Origin: an uncultured archaeon
GTDB taxonomy: Archaea; Asgardarchaeota; Lokiarchaeia; Sigyniarchaeales; SOKP01
Direction: 5' to 3'
DNA: 64,000 bases
Assembly (NCBI GenBank): GCA_964583985.1
Contig: CAZOYD010000011.1
Coordinates: forward strand, 1 to 64,000
Under the pieces are notes generated by a model. The model saw only the letters and a program-made list of their open reading frames with translations. It ran no database searches and had not been told where the DNA came from. Made by a program: the position numbers and the translations under genes. How positions within the stretch are numbered: the stretch's first letter is position 1; each line of letters starts with the position of its first letter. Below are positions 1 to 11,595 of the stretch, one piece after another.

Positions 1-95
1 AACTGTTCTTTCACGAAAAATTGAACTCAAATAAAATTAAAGAATAAAAGCGTCTTTTTAATACTTTTCAGAACCTTGGAAAAAAATGATTATCT

Positions 96-533
96 TTATG
101 ATTCAATATTCAATTTTTGATAAATGAAAGCAATAATAATAACAAAAACAAGTAAGATTGGAATTGAAATTACAATTGGGGACATATTTTCACCTTCAGA
201 ATTGAGTATAAGCGAGGCAGGAATGGAGAGAATTAATGGAATCAATTCAGCTATAAGTGCTAAGATAATAAGCCATTTTTTTGACATCTTTCCTTGAAGG
301 AATCTTACGATCCCATATAAAACTGCAAATCGAAAAAAATAAAATTCCACATAGTATCGCAGAGTCACGAGATATCTAAAAGAATAATAAGTTGAATAAT
401 CCCAAAGCATTGCTATAATTGAATTTGTACCAGGCCCTAAATCTATATGGTATCCATATGGAGCTAATAGTATGATTAGGATAGAAACAACAATAATAAA
501 GAGATTAATTAAATTTTTTCTTTTAAATGTCAT
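96..533 (-). CDS. Hypothetical membrane protein (about 4 TM helices)
   Basis: 145-aa ORF with several hydrophobic segments; no recognised motif. Confidence 0.7.
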   Translation of the reverse strand: MTFKRKNLINLFIIVVSILIILLAPYGYHIDLGPGTNSIIAMLWDYSTYYSFRYLVTLRYYVEFYFFRFAVLYGIVRFLQGKMSKKWLIILALIAELIPLILSIPASLILNSEGENMSPIVISIPILLVFVIIIAFIYQKLNIES

Positions 534-629
534 AACGGGAAATCAACCATATAAAATTTAATTTGTTAAGCAAGAATATTAGTAAATTTATAAATCTAAT
601 TCTCTATAAAAAGAATAGAATAAAATTGG

Positions 630-1133
630 TTAATTTTTTATGATTTTTGGAAACCATCTTGGAACCTTTTTTTTATACTCAAGAAATTCGTTTCCAAATA
701 AATTTTCCATAATTTTTTCTTCGAATTTTACCATTTTATTATATACCAGAAAGATTGGAATAAATGCTACGATGCTTATTAATGATATTGATAAAGAGAT
801 ACATGCCACATATATCAATATAATGCCAAAATACATCGGATTGCGAGTTCTCCCGAGAATTCCTTCATCAATTAGATTTGTGGGAGGTTCATGCGATTTA
901 AATAGAGTCTTATGTGAGACATATATGAAGCTATACGCTATAATTAATATTACGATGAATAAGATCAAACGTAAGATGAAAGGAACATAATTATCTAGTA
1001 CCGTCGATATTCGAAAGATATTTGTATCCAGAATCCAAATTACCATAAAGGTAATAGGTAATAAAATATGATAGAGATGCGTATAAGGCATTTCTCTTTC
1101 AAAACCAGGCTTTTTTGAACTCATTAGAATCAC
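630..1133 (-). CDS. Isoprenylcysteine carboxyl methyltransferase/PEMT-family membrane methyltransferase
   Basis: LIDEG..RTRNPMYFG and EEK.MENLFG.EFLEYKKKVPRW motifs typical of the ICMT/Ste14 family; start may be ATG 1124. Confidence 0.8.
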   Translation of the reverse strand: MILMSSKKPGFEREMPYTHLYHILLPITFMVIWILDTNIFRISTVLDNYVPFILRLILFIVILIIAYSFIYVSHKTLFKSHEPPTNLIDEGILGRTRNPMYFGIILIYVACISLSISLISIVAFIPIFLVYNKMVKFEEKIMENLFGNEFLEYKKKVPRWFPKIIKN

Positions 1134-1402
1134 TTGATTTAGTTAATATCATATTAATCTCTAATTTAATAATATTTCTAGAGACCAATTTTTAATCATC
1201 CTTTTTGAAATAAGGGATTAAGAAATTCCAATTCAAATTTGTGAATAACGCATATTATCTCTATTCAAAATCTAAAAGAGCCCGAAAGAAATCCCCTTCT
1301 TAATTACTTAATTATTATAATTTTTTTTTTCTATTATTAATTTTTTAATAGCAGAGAGTTTAATATGAAATACTAATTCTTTATAGCATTATTTTTTTAA
1401 AA

Positions 1403-2617
1403 TTGAGGAATACAAGAGTTATCATGATTAGCGAACCCAAAAAAGCAACAAAATTAGTGGATTTAATTATTTTCATCCTATATGCATTAGGACCACTAAA
1501 TGGAAATGTTATTTTAGTTTTATTTGGTGTTCTTTCTTTGGAATTTTCAGTGATTCCAAATGCGATATTGCTTGCTATTCCGGCATTCATGTTCCCTTTT
1601 GCTTTTGTTCAACTATTTTCTGGGGCTATTTCGGATGTGAAAGGACGTTTTCAAGTAATTCTCTTGGGATTATCTATCTTTGGATTAGGAATGATACTGG
1701 CATCATTTTCCTTTTCGTTGACAATTTTTATTATCGCAAATATCTTAGCTGGTATTGGTTTTGGATTTGTAAATCCTGTGTTGATCGCTCTACTTACCGA
1801 TATCACTCCAGATGCTAAAGTTCCCAAAAAATTAGGCGTATTAGGTGCTGTTGCTAATCTAGGAGTAAGTTTAGGACCATTGCTTGCTAGTCAAATAATT
1901 AATCTTGGATGGAGATATTTGTATGTGATAATTTTGGGTATTACAATTTTAGGAATGCTAATCATCTTTTTTGTAAGGAAAAATATTCCAATAACCAAAA
2001 GTAACGCAAGAATTCGAACATTTTTCTCTAATCTAACGCGAGAAATTCGTCGCACACCCGTTATTTTATTAATCTTATCGGCGTTTTTATTTTCGCACAC
2101 ATCTACTGCAAGTGTTATTTGGACATCGCGATCTTTTACTCACGTAATTCCTGAAACAATTTCTGGGGTTGTACTTGCTTCTTTTGGATTAATGGGTTTT
2201 GTATCAGGAGTTTTAACAGGATTCATTATAAAGAATAAGGGTATACGACTAGCTTTAACGATAGGAGCAATTTCATTATTGATTGGTAATATGATTTTAA
2301 TAGCATTTGGAAATATCAATCTCGTAACCCTTCCTCTCACTACGATCGGACTCATTTTTATGGGATTTGCAGGTGGAATAATGATGACATTAATCATGTT
2401 TTATAGTCAAACTTTGTCTAAAGAAAGACGCGGTGCTCTTGCTGGTTTAACGACGGCGTTTATTTTCATCGGAATTGCCTTAGTTCCCTCCACTTTAGAA
2501 CCATTTTTTACTTCTGGAGGAATTTCCATGGTTTACGTGGTCATTTTTGCATTTTCAATAGCCTTAATTTTCAGTTTAGTATTATTATATAAATTCGGAA
2601 AAAAGAGTCCCAAATAA
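1403..2617 (+). CDS. MFS transporter (about 12 TM)
   Basis: GAISDVKGR (MFS motif A) and 12 hydrophobic segments. Confidence 0.85.
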   Translation: MRNTRVIMISEPKKATKLVDLIIFILYALGPLNGNVILVLFGVLSLEFSVIPNAILLAIPAFMFPFAFVQLFSGAISDVKGRFQVILLGLSIFGLGMILASFSFSLTIFIIANILAGIGFGFVNPVLIALLTDITPDAKVPKKLGVLGAVANLGVSLGPLLASQIINLGWRYLYVIILGITILGMLIIFFVRKNIPITKSNARIRTFFSNLTREIRRTPVILLILSAFLFSHTSTASVIWTSRSFTHVIPETISGVVLASFGLMGFVSGVLTGFIIKNKGIRLALTIGAISLLIGNMILIAFGNINLVTLPLTTIGLIFMGFAGGIMMTLIMFYSQTLSKERRGALAGLTTAFIFIGIALVPSTLEPFFTSGGISMVYVVIFAFSIALIFSLVLLYKFGKKSPK

Positions 2618-2668
2618 GAAATTAGGCGAAAATAGCGACAATTTACGATTGTTTTTCAGCCATGGAAT

Positions 2669-5419
2669 TTATTCTGCATACATGTATTCTTCTGATACGT
2701 TCTTCTTGCTTTTATCAAGAAAGTATGGTTCGACTATGGATGTTATTTGCTTAAAATCATAATGGAGAGGATCAATTGCTTTTAAGCGACAAACTGTCGA
2801 GCATCTTCCACATCCTTTACAGATAGCGGGATTAATGTATGCTTTCTTCGTAGAAATGCTCACATCTTCATACTCTTGTTTTAAATCGACAAGTGTGATT
2901 GCTTTAAATTGGCAAACTTCAGCACATTTCCCGCAACCATTGCACTTTTCAATATTTACTATCATATCCTTGAAAAAGCACTCAATAGAGAGGAAAACCG
3001 ACAACATCTCTAATTTTGTGGTAGATATTTCATGGAGATTTAAAAATCTGCTGGCTCTCCCCGCTGCTGCATTTGCTTCTAAAATCGAATCTTGAACATT
3101 TTTTGGCCATTGAGCACAGCCACATATAAAAATACCATGAGAAGATAAATCTAAAGGTCTTAATTTTTTATGAGCTTCAATGAAAAAGCCATTATCATCG
3201 ATATTAACTTTTAATTTTGATGCAAGATCGGGTATATCTTCAGGAGGAATCATGGGTGTAGATAAAATAACAAGATCAGTCTCAAATGTAATAATTTCTT
3301 TATTGTTAGTGATACTAGGCACTTTTATTTCATATTTCTCAGGATTGTCGTTAATTTTAGTAACATATGGAATAGTTGTCAAATCATATTTTAGATAGTC
3401 AGCGATTTTTTTTCTTTTGCTCACATATTGTTCAAATTCCTTTTTAGCCATGTGTAATTCTCTAAAAAGGACTATAATCTTTAATTCAGGCTTTAATTTT
3501 TTTAAGATATTAATGTTTTTTATGGTATTACTGCAACATATATTAGAACAATAGGAGTATCCACCCTTCTGTCGCGCATTTACGCACATTATTATTGTGA
3601 TATGTTCAATCTTATCAAGCATGTCACTTTTCCCTTCTTTTAATCGCTCTTCTAATTCTAATTGGGTTATTACTTGCTTATTTTCCTCATTATATTGAAA
3701 TAGACCTTGAGGTTTGAATTCTTTACTCCCTGTTGCTACTATAACCGTACCTACATCAAAATTAATTTCTTTTTCTTGACTGCGTATTTTTACATGATAA
3801 TTTCCCAATGACCCTTCTAGCTTCTCTATTGAAGAGTTAAGAAAGACCCTAATCTTTTCATTGTTTGATACTAGTTCGATCTTTTCCTCCATAAATTTTG
3901 ATGCTTTTTGTTGAGTTGGATAAATCAAGTTGAGATGAGTCAAATTTCCTCCTAATTTATCTTCCCTTTCAACTAAAATAGTTTCAAATCCTTGATTTCC
4001 GATGTTTATTGCGGCAGTCATTCCTGATATGCCACCTCCAATTATTAATGTTCGAGGAATAATCTTGATTAATTCTTCCTCAGGTCTGGATTCAATCTCT
4101 TTATCAACTATTTGTGTGTATCTCGCAGGGCTCAAAAATGTAGAAATTTGAGAGGCAACCCCACTCGCATTTGAAACGGTCTCAGCAATCACCATTGGAC
4201 CTTGACAAAAGCCACATAAGTACACTCCATCTTTAGTTGATAGTGATTTGTCAAAATATGAAGAGTCTTGAAAAAAACCGAATTTATCAACATTAATACC
4301 CATAATTTCAGCTAATTCTCTTGTACCACGAGAAGGGACTAAAGGTGCTGCCAGGACCACTAAATTTGCAATATAAATCTTTCCTAGTTCCCCTGTTCTT
4401 AAATCATCATATTTAACAATTATATCATGAGAGCTTGGTACTTCTTCTATGGAATTAATGTTAGAATTGAAATAGTTTATACCATAATCTAATTGAGCTT
4501 TCTTGGTATATTCATAAAAATTTTTACCAAATACCCTAATATTATGTCGAAATATAGAAACTTGTGAGTCTTGAGCATACATTTTCGTTAAAACCGCATC
4601 CTTAGTCGTATACATGCAACATGCTCTCGAGCAATAGGGAATATCGTCACCCAAATAACTGGATCCAGCGCATTGAATAAATGCGATACTTTTTGGTTCT
4701 GTCTCATCACTGGGTCTTAGAATTTGGTTTCCAAATGGTCCTGTTGGGCTAAGAATCCTTTCATATTCTAAAGCATTCACGACGTTCTTGTATTGATAAC
4801 CCCATTTCGAAGATAATCTTTGTCCTAGCATTTCATATCCCGTCGCAATCACAATTGCACCGACGTTAAATTCAATATTTTTTGGTTTTTGTTCGAAGTC
4901 AATTGCTTCATTCTTACAGACTTTTTCACAGACTCGACATACATTCCTATTAAGATAAAGACAGAGTTCTGGATCAATCATGTACACAGGAGGAATGGCT
5001 TGGGGGAATGGTATGTAAATAGATTTTCTCTTTCCCAAGTTCATATCAAATAAATTGGGGGCTTCCACCTTGGGGCATTTTGTTGCACAATCGCCGCATC
5101 CTTTACATCTTGCTTCGTTCACGAATCGTGGATTCTTTTGGATAATAACATTAAAATCTCCTGCCTTCCCTGAAACTGTTTTAACCTCAGATAATGTATA
5201 AAGATTAATATTAGGATTTCGATATATTGCAATCATTTTTGGAGCTAATACACATAAACTACAGTCGTTTGAAGGAAACAACTTGTCAAATTGTGCCATG
5301 TGCCCTCCAATATATGCTTCTTTTTCAACAAGATGAACTTTAAATCCAAGTTCAGTGAGATCTAGTGAAACTTGGATTCCGGCTATGCCACCGCCTATTA
5401 CTAAAACAGATCCTTCCAT
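2669..5419 (-). CDS. hdrA: HdrA-like flavoprotein with two FAD modules, lacking the internal CxCG domain
   Basis: Two GGG(I/V)xG FAD motifs, DCSLC, IQCAGS..CSRACC and C-terminal 2x[4Fe-4S]; close paralog of 6115..9201; start set at ATG 5419. Confidence 0.85.
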   Translation of the reverse strand: MEGSVLVIGGGIAGIQVSLDLTELGFKVHLVEKEAYIGGHMAQFDKLFPSNDCSLCVLAPKMIAIYRNPNINLYTLSEVKTVSGKAGDFNVIIQKNPRFVNEARCKGCGDCATKCPKVEAPNLFDMNLGKRKSIYIPFPQAIPPVYMIDPELCLYLNRNVCRVCEKVCKNEAIDFEQKPKNIEFNVGAIVIATGYEMLGQRLSSKWGYQYKNVVNALEYERILSPTGPFGNQILRPSDETEPKSIAFIQCAGSSYLGDDIPYCSRACCMYTTKDAVLTKMYAQDSQVSIFRHNIRVFGKNFYEYTKKAQLDYGINYFNSNINSIEEVPSSHDIIVKYDDLRTGELGKIYIANLVVLAAPLVPSRGTRELAEIMGINVDKFGFFQDSSYFDKSLSTKDGVYLCGFCQGPMVIAETVSNASGVASQISTFLSPARYTQIVDKEIESRPEEELIKIIPRTLIIGGGISGMTAAINIGNQGFETILVEREDKLGGNLTHLNLIYPTQQKASKFMEEKIELVSNNEKIRVFLNSSIEKLEGSLGNYHVKIRSQEKEINFDVGTVIVATGSKEFKPQGLFQYNEENKQVITQLELEERLKEGKSDMLDKIEHITIIMCVNARQKGGYSYCSNICCSNTIKNINILKKLKPELKIIVLFRELHMAKKEFEQYVSKRKKIADYLKYDLTTIPYVTKINDNPEKYEIKVPSITNNKEIITFETDLVILSTPMIPPEDIPDLASKLKVNIDDNGFFIEAHKKLRPLDLSSHGIFICGCAQWPKNVQDSILEANAAAGRASRFLNLHEISTTKLEMLSVFLSIECFFKDMIVNIEKCNGCGKCAEVCQFKAITLVDLKQEYEDVSISTKKAYINPAICKGCGRCSTVCRLKAIDPLHYDFKQITSIVEPYFLDKSKKNVSEEYMYAE

Positions 5420-5660
5420 AATAATAAAATACCTCAAATTATGTTTTTATAAAATAAGCTGATTCTTAACAAATCAGTCTGATATTTTCTACTATTCTAA
5501 AAATAATGATAATCGATTATATAAATATTATCCTTACAATTTGCTAAATTTTGATCATTAGTTCATGAATTATTAATTTTTTTAGACAAATATCTAATTT
5601 TTGTTAAAAAAAGTGATCATTCAAGAATAAAATAATTGATATAGAGAACCAACTTTTGTA

Positions 5661-6098
5661 TTAGAGTACTTTTAGAGGTCCTAATTCTTTAATTTCATTT
5701 GTGAATTCTGTAATTACCTCTGCGAACCTTTTGCCCTCCGAGGCGCTAATCCATTCTAACCTGATCCTTTTTTGATTTATCCCAAGTTGTTTAATTAAAA
5801 TCTCATGTAATCTTTCAAATCTTTCCTTAGCATACTCATTTCCAGTTATATAATGACAATCTCCTATATGACAACCCGTAATTATGACCCCATCGGCTCC
5901 ATCTTTTAACGCTTTTATTACAAAAGAAGGATCGACTCTTCCAGAACACATTACCCTGACAATTCGAATATTAGGAGGATATTGAAAACGAGATACACCC
6001 GCTAAATCTGCTCCAGCATAAGAACACCAATTACAACAAAATGCTAAGATTTCTGGATTAAAACCAGGAAATTTTTCCTTCGATTTAGTTTTTGACAT
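5661..6098 (-). CDS. mvhD: MvhD [2Fe-2S] subunit, cysteine form
   Basis: [40 protein letters not shown]; ATG 6098 (TTG 6113 is an alternative). Confidence 0.93.
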   Translation of the reverse strand: MSKTKSKEKFPGFNPEILAFCCNWCSYAGADLAGVSRFQYPPNIRIVRVMCSGRVDPSFVIKALKDGADGVIITGCHIGDCHYITGNEYAKERFERLHEILIKQLGINQKRIRLEWISASEGKRFAEVITEFTNEIKELGPLKVL

Positions 6099-6114
6099 CT
6101 TTTTTCTCTCCAAG

Positions 6115-9100
6115 TTATGTTTCTAATAAAAGTGATTCAATCATTGCTGTTATTTGATCAAAATCATACTGTTTTATAGATATCGCCCCGTTTGGGCAAG
6201 TAGCTGCACATGTACCACAACCCTTGCATAATGCAGAATTGATAAACGATTTTTTCACTATAAGATTTATGTCTTCATATTCTGTTATTGAATCTAAAAG
6301 ATCAATTGCGTTGTACGGACACACTGATGCGCACTTTCCACAGCCAATACAGTTTAGTGGATTTACTTCTGCAACAATACCCGAAGTGGTAATTTCTTTA
6401 GCGCTTAAAAATCTACTGGCTCTTCCGGCAGCACCATTTGCCTGAGATATTGTATCTTGGACATTTTTTGGCCATTGGGCACAACCACAAAGAAAAATTC
6501 CTTCGGTGGCAAAATCGAGTGGTCTTAATTTAACATGAGCTTCGAGGAAAAATCCATTTTTATCTAATGGTACCTTTAACATTTTAGCTAGATCCATCAA
6601 ATTGTCGGGTGGTACCATTGGAGTGGATAAAACGATCAAATCCGTATCAAATTCCAAAAAGTCTTGAAGGTTCGTATCATAGATTTTTATCTCATACTTT
6701 TCTGGAGATTTACTCTTTCTTTTTACAATGGGTAAGTTATCCAAGTCATAACGTAAAAAAATTGCATCTTTTCTACGTTCTCGGTAATAATCTTCATATC
6801 TTTTTTTAGCCATTTGAAGATCTCGATAAAGAACGACAAGTTCAATTTCAGGTTTGAGCTTTTTTAAAAGTCCAACATTCTTGATTGAATTACCACAACA
6901 AATATTTGAACAGTAAGTTATTCCCTCATTTTGTCTGGCATTCACGCATAAAATCGTAGTAATACGTTTGATACCATCAAGCCAAGCGGTTCCTTTTTCT
7001 TTTAATAATTGTTCTAATTCAAGTTGAGTGATAACATTCTTATTTTCCTTTTTATATTGGAAAAGATCTTTAGGTTTATGCTCTATAGCTCCAGTAGCAA
7101 CTATTATCGTTCCAATACTTAATTCTTGAGTTTTATCTTTGGAAACTTCCACGGAGACGATATAATTACCCACGTATCCTTTTACTTTCTTTATTTTAGC
7201 ATTTAAGAACGTCTGAATATTCTCATTTTTCTCGATTTTTTCAATAGTCTGATTAAGAAAATCTGATGCATTTTGTTCGATCGGGTACAAATCGTTTAGA
7301 TAATTCAAATTTCCCCCAAGAACGGGTTCTTTTTCTACAATAAAAGTTTTGAATCCTTGATTGGCAAGATTTAGAGCCGCACTCATTCCTGCAACTCCGC
7401 CACCAATAATTAGTGCTGTAGGAGTGATCTTTAACAGTTCTTCATTTAGTGGTTTTAACAATCGTGCTTTAGCAACCGCCATTCTAATTAAATCTTTAGC
7501 TTTTTGTGTTGCCGCTTCCGCATCCCCCATGTGAACCCAAGAACACTGGTCTCGAATGTTGACCATCTCAAACAAATATTTATTCAAACCCGCTTCCACG
7601 CATGTTTCTTGAAATAATGGTTCATGAGTTCGTGGAGTGCACGATGCCACGATAAATCTATTTAACTTATTATTAATAATTAATTCTTTAATCCTTGCTT
7701 GGCTATCTGAGGAACATGAGTAAAGATTGTCTTCACATTGAATTACATTTGGTAAAGCTCGTACGTATTCAGCTAATAAAGGGACGTGAACATATTTACC
7801 TATATTAATTCCACAATGGCAAATAAGAACGCCTATTCTTGGTTCATCACCGTCTTTTATACCTAAGTCGGGGATTTCTATATCTTTGGCTTTTATTTGC
7901 TCAAACCTAACTGAGCTTAAGTAAGCAGCGACTTGTCCGGCTACACCACTCGAGCCTGCAACTGTTTCTGGTATGTCCATTGGACCTTGACAAAAGCCGC
8001 ATAGAAATATGCCCTCTTTTGTTGATTTTGACTTGTTAAAATAATCTTGTTCTTTAAAAAAGTTGTATTCATCTATTTCAATTCCTAATATTTCAGATAA
8101 TTGCTCGGTTCCAGATGAATGAACCAATGGAGTAGCTAAAACCACCAAGTCGGCTTCAAAATCATCAAATTCTCCCGTTTTTAAATTTTCATAATGAATT
8201 ATCAAGTTCTTCGTTTCAGCATTTTCCGCTATCTTACTAATTTTTGTTTGGAAATATTTTACCCCATATTCTTTTTGGGCTCTCTGTATAAATTCATAAA
8301 AATTCTTTCCAAAGGCACGTATATCATGTCTGAAAACGAAGCATTTTGATTTTTCTGAGTGTTCAGAAGTTATTATTGCTTCTTTAGCCGTGTACATGCA
8401 ACACACACTGGAACAATACGAGACTCCTTCGTGTAGATCTCTTGAGCCCGCACATTGAATAAACGCAATTTTCTCCGGTTCAACGTGATCAGATGGTCTT
8501 AAGACATGACCACCAAAAGGTCCCGAGGCACATAATATTCTTTCATATTCTAAAGCGCTTACAACATTCTCAAAACAATATCCCCATCTCGATGATAATT
8601 TTTCAGCGGGCATATCGAATCCAGTAGCAACCACGATTGCGCCAACGTTGATCTTTATTTCTTGTTCTACTTGTTCAAAATTAATTGCGTCCGCTTGGCA
8701 TACCTTTGCACAAACTCCACATACGCCCTTAGTCAGTTTAAGACAAATTTCAGGATCTATGAGATAAATTGGAGGAACAGCTTGAGGAAATGGTATATAA
8801 GCAGATTTTCTTTTGCCTAAATTCATATCAAATAAGTTTGGGACTTGAATTTTAGGACATTTGGCAGCACAATCTCCACAACCCTTGCATTTCGTCTCAT
8901 CAATATAGCGAGGTTTCTTAATTATTGTTGCCATAAAATCACCTGGTTTACCAGAGATTTCCTTTACCTCATGATAGGTCATTAACTCGATATTCGGGTT
9001 TCTGAACACTTCAACCATCTTGGGAGCCAATATGCATAATGAGCAATCATTTGTGGGGAAGGTTTTGTCAAGTTGAGCCATTCGACCTCCAATAGAAGGG

Positions 9101-9201
9101 TTTCTCTCCACGAGGTAAACTTTAAACCCTAATTCTGTGAGATCAAGGCTTGTTTGAATACCAGCTATACCCCCACCTATCACTAAAACGCTTCCTTGCA
9201 T
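6115..9201 (-). CDS. hdrA: Large HdrA-like protein with two FAD modules, cysteine form
   Basis: FAD module 1 (GGGIAG, TNDCSLC, ferredoxin insert), internal [13 protein letters not shown] / ASCTPRTHE / RDQCSW domain, FAD module 2, C-terminal 2x[4Fe-4S]. Confidence 0.92.
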   Translation of the reverse strand: MQGSVLVIGGGIAGIQTSLDLTELGFKVYLVERNPSIGGRMAQLDKTFPTNDCSLCILAPKMVEVFRNPNIELMTYHEVKEISGKPGDFMATIIKKPRYIDETKCKGCGDCAAKCPKIQVPNLFDMNLGKRKSAYIPFPQAVPPIYLIDPEICLKLTKGVCGVCAKVCQADAINFEQVEQEIKINVGAIVVATGFDMPAEKLSSRWGYCFENVVSALEYERILCASGPFGGHVLRPSDHVEPEKIAFIQCAGSRDLHEGVSYCSSVCCMYTAKEAIITSEHSEKSKCFVFRHDIRAFGKNFYEFIQRAQKEYGVKYFQTKISKIAENAETKNLIIHYENLKTGEFDDFEADLVVLATPLVHSSGTEQLSEILGIEIDEYNFFKEQDYFNKSKSTKEGIFLCGFCQGPMDIPETVAGSSGVAGQVAAYLSSVRFEQIKAKDIEIPDLGIKDGDEPRIGVLICHCGINIGKYVHVPLLAEYVRALPNVIQCEDNLYSCSSDSQARIKELIINNKLNRFIVASCTPRTHEPLFQETCVEAGLNKYLFEMVNIRDQCSWVHMGDAEAATQKAKDLIRMAVAKARLLKPLNEELLKITPTALIIGGGVAGMSAALNLANQGFKTFIVEKEPVLGGNLNYLNDLYPIEQNASDFLNQTIEKIEKNENIQTFLNAKIKKVKGYVGNYIVSVEVSKDKTQELSIGTIIVATGAIEHKPKDLFQYKKENKNVITQLELEQLLKEKGTAWLDGIKRITTILCVNARQNEGITYCSNICCGNSIKNVGLLKKLKPEIELVVLYRDLQMAKKRYEDYYRERRKDAIFLRYDLDNLPIVKRKSKSPEKYEIKIYDTNLQDFLEFDTDLIVLSTPMVPPDNLMDLAKMLKVPLDKNGFFLEAHVKLRPLDFATEGIFLCGCAQWPKNVQDTISQANGAAGRASRFLSAKEITTSGIVAEVNPLNCIGCGKCASVCPYNAIDLLDSITEYEDINLIVKKSFINSALCKGCGTCAATCPNGAISIKQYDFDQITAMIESLLLET

Positions 9202-10469
9202 TATTTAGACTCCTTCTCCTTCTGCCTTGGTTTTTTAACCTTAATATGATTAACTAAAAATTCGGAAAAATCTAATATCTCAATGGATGCTATATCCTCA
9301 AAATCATTTTGAAGACAGCTCAAGTGAATGTTACACTTAGGACAAGAAGTAACCATTATGGTTCCTGCTTCTTTTGCTTCTAACATTCTCGTATATCTCA
9401 ACGCTTTTGATTTTTCATTACAATTCATCCAAGAATTCACTCCACAACATAATGAGTTTTTCTTGTTATGCTTCATTTCATTAAATTTATAACCTAATTT
9501 TTCCAATTCCTTAAAAATTTCTCTGGTCATCTCGGTGATGTCGTTCTCTTTGGGTAAAAATCTACTCAATCTACATGGATCGTGATAAGTGAAGGGGGTG
9601 ATTTCTTCGGATTTTTTAGGTTCTGCAAATTCAATATTTCCGTTCTTCCAATTATCATAAATATATTCTATGATATGCTTTACTTCAAACTTTGATTCAA
9701 ATTCCTCAAATATTTGAGCATAATCGATCTTAAAAGTTCTGTAACATTCAGCGCAAGCTGTTACTATCTTAGATATACCGGCCCTTTCAAATTTTTCGAT
9801 ATTCCTCTCTCCTAACTTGATGAAAGTTTTTAATTTGCCTTGCCCCCAATAAATGTCGTGTCCACAACAAGTTTCATCCTTTAAGACGACAATTGGTTCA
9901 TTTTCGACCTTACACATGATTTCCAAGGTACTTTTTGCTATTGTATCTAAACCTTCAAATTCAAAATTAAAAAATGGTAAACAACCTACATAATATAAAA
10001 TGGTTCCTTTCTCTGATATGTTACAACCTTTTGGAACCCAATCCATGTTTCTTTCGGGATTGATGTATGGTCTACTCATTATTTCTGAAAGTGTAGTGTA
10101 TATTCCTTTATGAGCTAAATATTCGTCAGCGGATTGATCCTTATGTCGCATTAAATATCGTGCAGTTCTAACAATCTCAGCAAAATTTATTTCTTCGGGG
10201 CAATCCTTCAGACATTGGTTGCAGGTCAAGCAATCCCATAAATCACCACTATCAAGAACTTTTTCTTCAAATCCCTCTAAGATAAGCTGAATTATTTTAC
10301 TTGGAGTATATTTCTGTACCTTACTCAATTGACACACGCCTGAACAACGACCACATTGATAACACCTTTTTAAAAGATCCCGTAAATTTGGATCATAAAT
10401 TTTATCAAGATATTTTAGGGTATCACCAAATAGTTTTTTCCGCTCTAAATCTCTTTTTGATTCTGTTAT
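9201..10469 (-). CDS. HdrD/GlpC-like Fe-S oxidoreductase (2x[4Fe-4S] plus two CCG domains); probable ATA start
   Basis: Frame is open upstream of the track start (10337) and encodes CYQCGRCSGVC; then CLTCNQCLKDCP, ETCCG, TACAEC, YHDPC, LCCG, TSCPKC; AGGAG lies 6 nt before ATA 10469. Confidence 0.85.
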   Translation of the reverse strand: MTESKRDLERKKLFGDTLKYLDKIYDPNLRDLLKRCYQCGRCSGVCQLSKVQKYTPSKIIQLILEGFEEKVLDSGDLWDCLTCNQCLKDCPEEINFAEIVRTARYLMRHKDQSADEYLAHKGIYTTLSEIMSRPYINPERNMDWVPKGCNISEKGTILYYVGCLPFFNFEFEGLDTIAKSTLEIMCKVENEPIVVLKDETCCGHDIYWGQGKLKTFIKLGERNIEKFERAGISKIVTACAECYRTFKIDYAQIFEEFESKFEVKHIIEYIYDNWKNGNIEFAEPKKSEEITPFTYHDPCRLSRFLPKENDITEMTREIFKELEKLGYKFNEMKHNKKNSLCCGVNSWMNCNEKSKALRYTRMLEAKEAGTIMVTSCPKCNIHLSCLQNDFEDIASIEILDFSEFLVNHIKVKKPRQKEKESK

Positions 10470-10482
10470 TGCTTTCTCCTCT

Positions 10483-11595
10483 CTAAGATATATTTTTCAT
10501 GAATCGTTCCTTTCGATTAACTTTTGATTTTGAAAATTGAGCGATAAGATTCATCATTTCTTTCTTTTTATCATCGCTAATGTCTTTTTGTCTTATTACA
10601 CCGGCGTTTAATACTTTAGTAAATAAAGCTTTTCCTTTTTTAGTTCGAGGAATAACAGTCGTATATTTTTCAGGAGAGCCTAATCCCCCAAAAGAAATGT
10701 CAGAATATATGTTCGTAAAATCAGCACAAGCATTACATGCCGCCCTCATGTATTTTTCTAAATGATTAAATGGGACATGAATTATCTTTTCTCCATTACC
10801 TTGATTTTTTAGAGTAAAAATAACATCTTCCTTGATGTTTATTTTTTTAATATCGTTAAATTTAATATTAAAATCTTTTTCGAACCTTTCAATTTGAGAT
10901 TTTTCGAAAAAGAAATTTTCATAACAAAATAATCCTAAACAAACTTCTACATTTTGTGAAGGTGTAACGCCTAAATCTTTCATGCAAGCAATTGTATATA
11001 GCTGACAGGGAGTCCCAACCACGGCCAGTTTTTTAAATTTATAATGATTTAATTTTGGAATGGAATGGGTATAAGTACAAAACTTTTGGATCTCATCCAA
11101 TTGAGGGGTAATGTCTAGTCTTACTCCCGAAGCTTTTAATAAATCATACTTGCTATCCGCATATGCAGCTTCTCTTGAAAATGGAGCCTCTGTTCTGGAA
11201 ACTACAGCACCATCAATTTGTTTACTTTCTATTAAAAAGTTAATGATTGAATTTACTACACCACCATCTGTTCCATATTCTAAGAATTCTTTATCTGTTG
11301 CCTGACAAGAATAAATATTATCGAAATTTCCTAAAGGCATGGATGTGTAATCAGAAAAATTATACGTTTTGTTTAATTCTTCATCTAAAATATGAGTTTG
11401 AGGACAAATATAATAACATATCCCACATTCCAAGCATTTATCTTTATTAATATATACTGGAGGTGAATATTGATCCTTAAATCCAATAATATTAAATTCT
11501 GCTGAGCTACAAAAACTAACACAGCCTCCACATTCTTGACAAATGCCTTTTTCATGTACTTCCTTTATTAAATCTTGAAATGATTTAGTGTTCAT
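10483..11595 (-). CDS. FrhB/FdhB-family (F420-binding-type) subunit with N-terminal ferredoxin
   Basis: CQECGGCVSFC, CLECGICYYICP, TDGGVV, VGTPCQ, GLFC, CNAC.DFT...DISFG. Confidence 0.9.
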   Translation of the reverse strand: MNTKSFQDLIKEVHEKGICQECGGCVSFCSSAEFNIIGFKDQYSPPVYINKDKCLECGICYYICPQTHILDEELNKTYNFSDYTSMPLGNFDNIYSCQATDKEFLEYGTDGGVVNSIINFLIESKQIDGAVVSRTEAPFSREAAYADSKYDLLKASGVRLDITPQLDEIQKFCTYTHSIPKLNHYKFKKLAVVGTPCQLYTIACMKDLGVTPSQNVEVCLGLFCYENFFFEKSQIERFEKDFNIKFNDIKKINIKEDVIFTLKNQGNGEKIIHVPFNHLEKYMRAACNACADFTNIYSDISFGGLGSPEKYTTVIPRTKKGKALFTKVLNAGVIRQKDISDDKKKEMMNLIAQFSKSKVNRKERFMKNIS

